Assembly: GCA_964016885.1 (NCBI GenBank)
Contig: OZ024747.1
Coordinates: 54,064,001-54,128,000 of the forward strand
DNA: 64,000 nucleotides
Origin: Eledone cirrhosa
Taxonomy: Eukaryota
Direction: 5' to 3'
Below, piece after piece: positions 57,540 through 64,000 of this stretch. The notes beneath the pieces were generated by a model that was not told the DNA's origin, searched no databases, and worked only from the letters and a program-made list of their open reading frames with translations. Made by a program: the position numbers and the translations under genes. Numbering within the stretch: position 1 is the stretch's first letter; the number at the start of each line of letters is the position of its first letter.

Positions 57540-60500
57540 AATGTTGCTGTTATTGTTGTTGTTATTGTTGCTGTTATTGCTGTTGTGAGTGTTGCTGTAA
57601 TTGTTGTTGTTAGTGTTACTGTTATTATTGTTGTGAGTGTTGCTGTTATTATTGTTATTGTTAGTGCTGGTGTCGTTGTTGTTGCTGTTATTGTTGTCGT
57701 GAGTGTTGGTGTCCCTATTTTTGCTGTTATTGCTGTTGTGAGTGTTGGTGTCCCTATTGTTGCTGTTATTGTTGTTGTGAGTGTTGGTGTCTCTATTTTT
57801 GCTGTTTTTTTGTTGTGAGTGTTGGTGTCCCTATTGTTGCTGTTATTGTTGTTGTGAGTGTTGGTGTCCTTATTGTTGCTGTTATTGTTGTTGTGAGTGT
57901 TGGTGTCCCTATTGTTGCTGTTATTGTTGTTGTGAGTGTTGGTGTCCTTATTGTTGCTGTTATTGTTGTTGTGAGTGTTGGTGTCCTTATTGTTGATGTT
58001 ATTGTTGTTGTGAGTGTTGGTGTCCCTATTGTTGCTGTTATTGTTGTTGTGAGTGTTGGTGTCCCTATTGTTGCTGTTATTGTTGTTGTGAGTGTTGGTG
58101 TCCTTATTGTTGCTGTTATTGTTGTTGTGAGTGTTGGTGTCCCTATTGTTGCTGTTATTGTTGTTGTGAGTGTTGGTGTCCCTATTGTTGCTGTTATTGT
58201 TGCTGTGAGTGTTGGTGTCCTTATTGTTGCTGTTATTGTTGTTGTGAGTGTTGGCATCCTTATTGTTGCTGTTATTGTTGTTGTGAGTGTAGGTGTCCCT
58301 ATTGTTGCTGTTATTGTTGTTGTGAGTGTTAGTATCTTTATTGTTGCTGTTATTGTTGTTATGAGTGTTGGTGTCCTTATTGTTGCTGTTATTGTTGTTG
58401 TGAGTGGTGGTGTCCTTATTGTTGCTGTAATTCTTGTTGTGAGTGTTGGTGTCCCTATTGTTGCTGTTATTGTTGTTGTGCGTGTTGGTGTCCTTATTGT
58501 TGCTGTTATTGTTGTTGTGAGTGTTGGTGTCCTTATTGTTGCTGTTATTGTTGTTGTGAGTGTTGGTGTAATTGGTGTTGTTAGTGTTACTGTTATTATT
58601 GTTGTGAGTGTTGCTGTTATTATTGTTATTGTTAGTGCTGGTGTCGTTGTTGTTGCTGTTATTGTTGTCGTGAGTGTTGGTGTCCCTATTTTTGCTGTTA
58701 TTGCTGTTGTGAGTGTTGGTGTCCCTATTGTTGCTGTTATTGTTGTTGTGAGTGTTGGTGTCTCTATTTTTGCTGTTTTTTTGTTGTGAGTGTTGGTGTC
58801 CCTATTGTTGCTGTTATTGTTGTTGTGAGTGTTGGTGTCCTTATTGTTGCTGTTATTGTTGTTGTGAGTGTTGGTGTCCCTATTGTTGCTGTTATTGTTG
58901 TTGTGAGTGTTGGTGTCCTTATTGTTGCTGTTATTGTTGTTGTGAGTGTTGGTGTCCCTATTGTTGCTGTTATTGTTGTTGTGAGTGTTGGTGTCCCTAT
59001 TGTTGCTGTTATTGTTGTTGTGAGTGTTGGTGTCCTTATTGTTGCTGTTATTGTTGTTGTGAGTGTTGGTGTCCCTATTGTTGCTGTTATTGTTGTTGTG
59101 AGTGTTGGTGTCCCTATTGTTGCTGTTATTGTTGCTGTGAGTGTTGGTGTCCTTATTGTTGCTGTTATTGTTGTTGTGAGTGTTGGCATCCTTATTGTTG
59201 CTGTTATTGTTGTTGTGAGTGTAGGTGTCCCTATTGTTGCTGTTATTGTTGTTGTGAGTGTTAGTATCTTTATTGTTGCTGTTATTGTTGTTATGAGTGT
59301 TGGTGTCCTTATTGTTGCTGTTATTGTTGTTGTGAGTGGTGGTGTCCTTATTGTTGCTGTAATTCTTGTTGTGAGTGTTGGTGTCCCTATTGTTGCTGTT
59401 ATTGTTGTTGTGCGTGTTGGTGTCCTTATTGTTGCTGTTATTGTTGTTGTGAGTGTTTGTGTCCTTATTGTTGCTGTTATTGTTGTTGTGAGTGTTGGTG
59501 TCCTTATTGTTGCTGTTATTGTTGTTGTGCGTGTTGGTGTCCTTATGTTGCTGTTATTGTTGTTGTGAGTGTTGGTGTCTCTATTGTTGCTGTTATTGTT
59601 GTTGTGAGTGTTGGTGTCCTTATTGTTGCTGTTATTGCTGTTGTGAGTGTTGGTGTCCCTATTGTTGCTGTTATTGTTGTTGTGAGTGTTGGTGTCCTTA
59701 TTGTTGCTGTTATTGTTGTTGTGAGTGTTGGTGTCTCTATTGTTGCTGTTATTGTTGTTGTGAGTGTTGGTGTCCCTATTGTTGCTGTTATTGTTGTTGT
59801 GAGTGTTGGTATCCTTATTGTTGCTGTTATTGTTGTTGTGAGTGTTGGTGTCCCTATTGTTGCTGTTATTGTTGTTGTGAGTGTTGGTGTCCCTATTGTT
59901 GCTGTTATTGTTGTTGTGAGTGTTGGTGTCCTTATTGTTGCTGTTATTGTTGTTGTGCGTGTTGGTGTCCTTATTGTTGCTGTTATTGTTGTTGTGAGTG
60001 TTGGTGTCTCTATTGTTGCTGTTATTGTTGTTGTGAGTGTTGGTGTCCTTATTGTTGCTGTTATTGCTGTTGTGAGTGTTGGTGTCCCTATTGTTGCTGT
60101 TATTGTTGTTGTGAGTGTTGGTGTCCTTATTGTTGCTGTTATTGTTGTTGTGAGTGTTGGAATCCCTATTGTTGCTGTTATTGTTGTTGTGATTGTTGGT
60201 GTCCTTATTGTTGCTGTTATTGTTGTTGTGAGTGTTGGTGTCCTTATTGTTGCTGTTATTGTTGTTGTGAGTGTTGGTGTCCTTATTGTTGCTGTTATTG
60301 TTGTTGTGAGTGTTGGTGTCCCTATTGTTGCTGTTATTGTTGTTGTGAGTGTTGGTGTCCCTATTGTTGCTGTTATTGTTGTTGTGAGTGTTGGTGTCCT
60401 TATTGTTGCTGTTATTGTTGTTGTGAGTGTTGGTGTCCCTATTGTTGCTGTTATTGTTGTTGTGAGTGTTGGTGTCCCTATTGTTGCTGTTATTGTTGTT

Positions 60501-63500
60501 GTGAGTGTTGGTGTCCTTATTGTTGCTGTTATTGTTGTTGTGCGTGTTGGTGTCCTTATTGTTGCTGTTATTGTTGTTGTGAGTGTTGGTGTCTCTATTG
60601 TTGCTGTTATTGTTGTTGTGAGTGTTGGTGTCCTTATTGTTGCTGTTATTGCTGTTGTGAGTGTTGGTGTCCCTATTGTTGCTGTTATTGTTGTTGTGAG
60701 TGTTGGTGTCCTTATTGTTGCTGTTATTGTTGTTGTGAATGTTGGAATCCCTATTGTTGCTGTTATTGTTGTTGTGATTGTTGGTGTCCTTATTGTTGCT
60801 GTTATTGTTGTTGTGAGTGTTGGTGTCCTTATTGTTGCTGTTATTGTTGTTGTGAGTGTTGGTGTCCCTATTGTTGCTGTTATTGTTGTTGTCAGTGTTG
60901 GTGTCCCTATTGTTGCTGTTATTGTTGTTGTGAGTGTTGGTGTCCTTATTGTTGCTGTTATTGTTGTTGTGAGTGTTGGTGTCCCTATTGTTGCTGTTAT
61001 CGTTGTTGTGAGTGTTGGTGTCCCTATTGTTGCTGTTATTGTTGTTGTGAGTGTTGGTGTCCCTATTTTTGCTGTTATTGCTGTTGTGAGTGTTGGTGTC
61101 CCTATTGTTGCTGTTATTGTTGTTGTGAGTGTTGGTGTCTCTATTTTTGCTGTTTTTTTGTTGTGAGTGTTGGTGTCCCTATTGTTGCTGTTATTGTTGT
61201 TGTGAGTGTTGGTGTCCTTATTGTTGCTGTTATTGTTGTTGTGAGTGTTGGTGTCCCTATTGTTGCTGTTATTGTTGTTGTGAGTTTTGGTGTCCTTATT
61301 GTTGCTGTTATTGTTGTTGTGAGTGTTGGTGTCCTTATTGTTGCTGTTATTGTTGTTGTGAGTGTTGGTGTCCCTATTGTTGCTGTTATTGTTGTTGTGA
61401 GTGTTGGTGTCCCTATTGTTGCTGTTATTGTTGTTGTGAGTGTTGGTGTCCTTATTGTTGCTGTTATTGTTGTTGTGAGTGTTGGTGTCCCTATTGTTGC
61501 TGTTATTGTTGTTGTGAGTGTTGGTGTCCCTATTGTTGCTGTTATTGTTGCTGTGAGTGTTGGTGTCCTTATTGTTGCTGTTATTGTTGTTGTGAGTGTT
61601 GGCATCCTTATTGTTGCTGTTATTGTTGTTGTGAGTGTAGGTGTCCCTATTGTTGCTGTTATTGTTGTTGTGAGTGTTAGTATCTTTATTGTTGCTGTTA
61701 TTGTTGTTATGAGTGTTGGTGTCCTTATTGTTGCTGTTATTGTTGTTGTGAGTGGTGGTGTCCTTATTGTTGCTGTAATTCTTGTTGTGAGTGTTGGTGT
61801 CCCTATTGTTGCTGTTATTGTTGTTGTGCGTGTTGGTGTCCTTTTTGTTGCTGTTATTGTTGTTGTGAGTGTTTGTGTCCTTATTGTTGCTGTTATTGTT
61901 GTTGTGAGTGTTGGTGTCCTTATTGTTGCTGTTATTGTTGTTGTGCGTGTTGGTGTCCTTATTGTTGCTGTTATTGTTGTTGTGAGTGTTGGTGTCTCTA
62001 TTGTTGCTGTTATTGTTGTTGTGAGTGTTGGTGTCCTTATTGTTGCTGTTATTGTTGTTGTGAGTGTTGGTGTCTCTATTGTTGCTGTTATTGTTGTTGT
62101 GAGTGTTGGTGTCCTTATTGTTGCTGTTATTGTTGTTGTGAGTGTTGGTGTCCCTATTGTTGCTGTTATTGTTGTTGTGCGTGTTGGTGTCCTTATTGTT
62201 GCTGTTATTGTTGTTGTGAGTGTTGGTGTCTCTATTGTTGCTGTTATTGTTGTTGTGATTGTTGGTGTCCTTATTGTTGCTGTTATTGTTGTTGTGAGTG
62301 TTGGTGTCCTTATTGTTGCTGTTATTGCTGTTGTGAGTGTTGGTGTCCCTATTGTTGCTGTTATTGTTGTTGTGAGTGTTGGTGTCCTTATTGTTGCTGT
62401 TATTGTTGTTGTGAGTGTTGGAATCCCTATTGTTGCTGTTATTGTTGTTGTGATTGTTGGTGTCCTTATTGTTGCTGTTATTGTTGTTGTGAGTGTTGGT
62501 GTCCTTATTGTTGCTGTTATTGTTGTTGTGAGTGTTGGTGTCCCTATTGTTGCTGTTATTGTTGTTGTGAGTGTTGGTGTCCCTATTGTTGCTGTTATTG
62601 TTGTTGTGAGTGTTGGTGTCCTTATTGTTGCTGTTATTGTTGTTGTGAGTGTTGGTGTCCCTATTGTTGCTGTTATTGTTGTTGTGAGTGTTGGTGTCCC
62701 TATTGTTGCTGTTATTGTTGTTGTGAGTGTTGGTGTCCTTATTGTTGCTGTTATTGTTGTTGTGCGTGTTGGTGTCCTTATTGTTGCTGTTATTGTTGTT
62801 GTGAGTGTTGGTGTCTCTATTGTTGCTGTTATTGTTGTTGTGAGTGTTGGTGTCCTTATTGTTGCTGTTATTGCTGTTGTGAGTGTTGGTGTCCCTATTG
62901 TTGCTGTTATTGTTGTTGTGAGTGTTGGTGTCCTTATTGTTGCTGTTATTGTTGTTGTGAATGTTGGAATCCCTATTGTTGCTGTTATTGTTGCTGTGAT
63001 TGTTGGTGTCCTTATTGTTGCTGTTATTGTTGTTGTGAGTGTTGGTGTCATTATTGTTGCTGTTATTGTTGTTGTGAGTGTTGGTGTCCCTATTGTTGCT
63101 GTTATAGTTGTTGTGAGTGTTGGTGTCCTTATTGTTGCTGTTATTGTTGTTGTGAGTGTTGGTGTCCTTATTGTTTCTGTTATTGCTGTTGTGAGTGTTG
63201 GTGTCCCTATTGTTGCTGTTATTGTTGTTGTGAGTGTTGGTGTCCCTTTTGTTGCTGTTATTGTTGTTGTGAGTGTTGGTGTCCTTATTGTTGCTGTTAT
63301 TGTTGTTGTGAGTGTTGGTGTCCCTATTGTTGCTGTTATTGTTGTTGTGATTGTTGGTGTCCTTATTGTTGCTGTTATTGTTGTTGTGAGTGTTGGTGTC
63401 CTTATTGTTGCTGTTATTGTTGTTGTGAGTGTTGATGTCCCTATTGTGGCTGTTATTGTTGTTCTGACTGTTGGTGTCCCTATTGTTGCTGTTATTGTTG

Positions 63501-63790
63501 TTGTGAGTGTTGGTGTCCCTATTGTTGCTGTTATTGTTGTTGTGAGTGTTGGTGTCCTTATTGTTGCTGTTATTGTTGTTGTGTGTGTTGGTGTCCCTAT
63601 TGTTGTTGTTAGTGTTGTTGTGAGTGTTGGTGTCCCTATTGTTGTTGTTATTGTTGTTGTGAGTGTTGGTGTCCCTATATAACTGTTATTGTTGTTGTGA
63701 GCGTTGGTGTCCCTATTTTTGCTGTTATTGTTGTTGTGAGTGTTGGTATCTTTATTGTTGACGTTATTGTTGTCGTTAGTGTGGTGGTGT
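57540..63790. repeat. 39-bp minisatellite (~6 kb, roughly 150 units) with higher-order duplications
   Basis: Unit gttggtgtcc(c/t)tattgttgctgttattgttgttgtgagt; decays into (gtt/att)n at both ends. Confidence 0.97.
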
Positions 63791-64000
63791 TATTGGTGTT
63801 AGTGTGGTGGTGTCGTTGTTAGTGCTGCTGTTGTTATTGGTGTTTTTATTGTTGTGGTTAGTGTTAGTATTGTTATTTTGCTCTTTTTGTTGTTGTTAGT
63901 GCTGATGTCGTTATTGTTGTTGTTATTGTTGTTGTTATTGTTGGTTTAGTTATTGTTGCTGTTATTTTAGTTGTTAGTGTTATTGTCATTATCGTTGTTG

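Noticed and set aside
59457-63682. Long Cys-rich (CCCECWCPY) and Val-rich ORFs resembling metallothionein/keratin-associated or membrane proteins
   Set aside because: Alternative frames of the 39-bp minisatellite; the frame switches at single-base indels.

Overview
AT-rich animal (eukaryotic) non-coding DNA packed with (TA)n/(CA)n/(GA)n and trinucleotide microsatellites. The SINE family and repeat style resemble octopus/cephalopod genomes (inference from sequence recognition, no search run). I can support no host protein-coding exon; nearly all listed ORFs are simple-repeat artefacts. The real content is mobile DNA: three Penelope-like retroelements (one with an uninterrupted 597-aa RT + GIY-YIG ORF at 42884-44677), Tx1/L1-like, R4/Dong-like and RTE LINE fragments, about 15 tRNA-derived SINE copies, mariner-type MITEs and four large tandem arrays. 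The most striking unannotated signal is a dense set of hammerhead-ribozyme (HHR) motifs: about 15 intact or decayed copies from at least six unrelated families, many inside fold-back (inverted) duplications. The best is a full, extended type I hammerhead at 19727-19806. It lies in a non-coding ~423-bp tandem/permuted unit that also carries three 33-bp octamer-bearing subrepeats, making it a candidate retrozyme (circular-RNA-producing element). All coordinates and base pairings were read by eye; edges are approximate.
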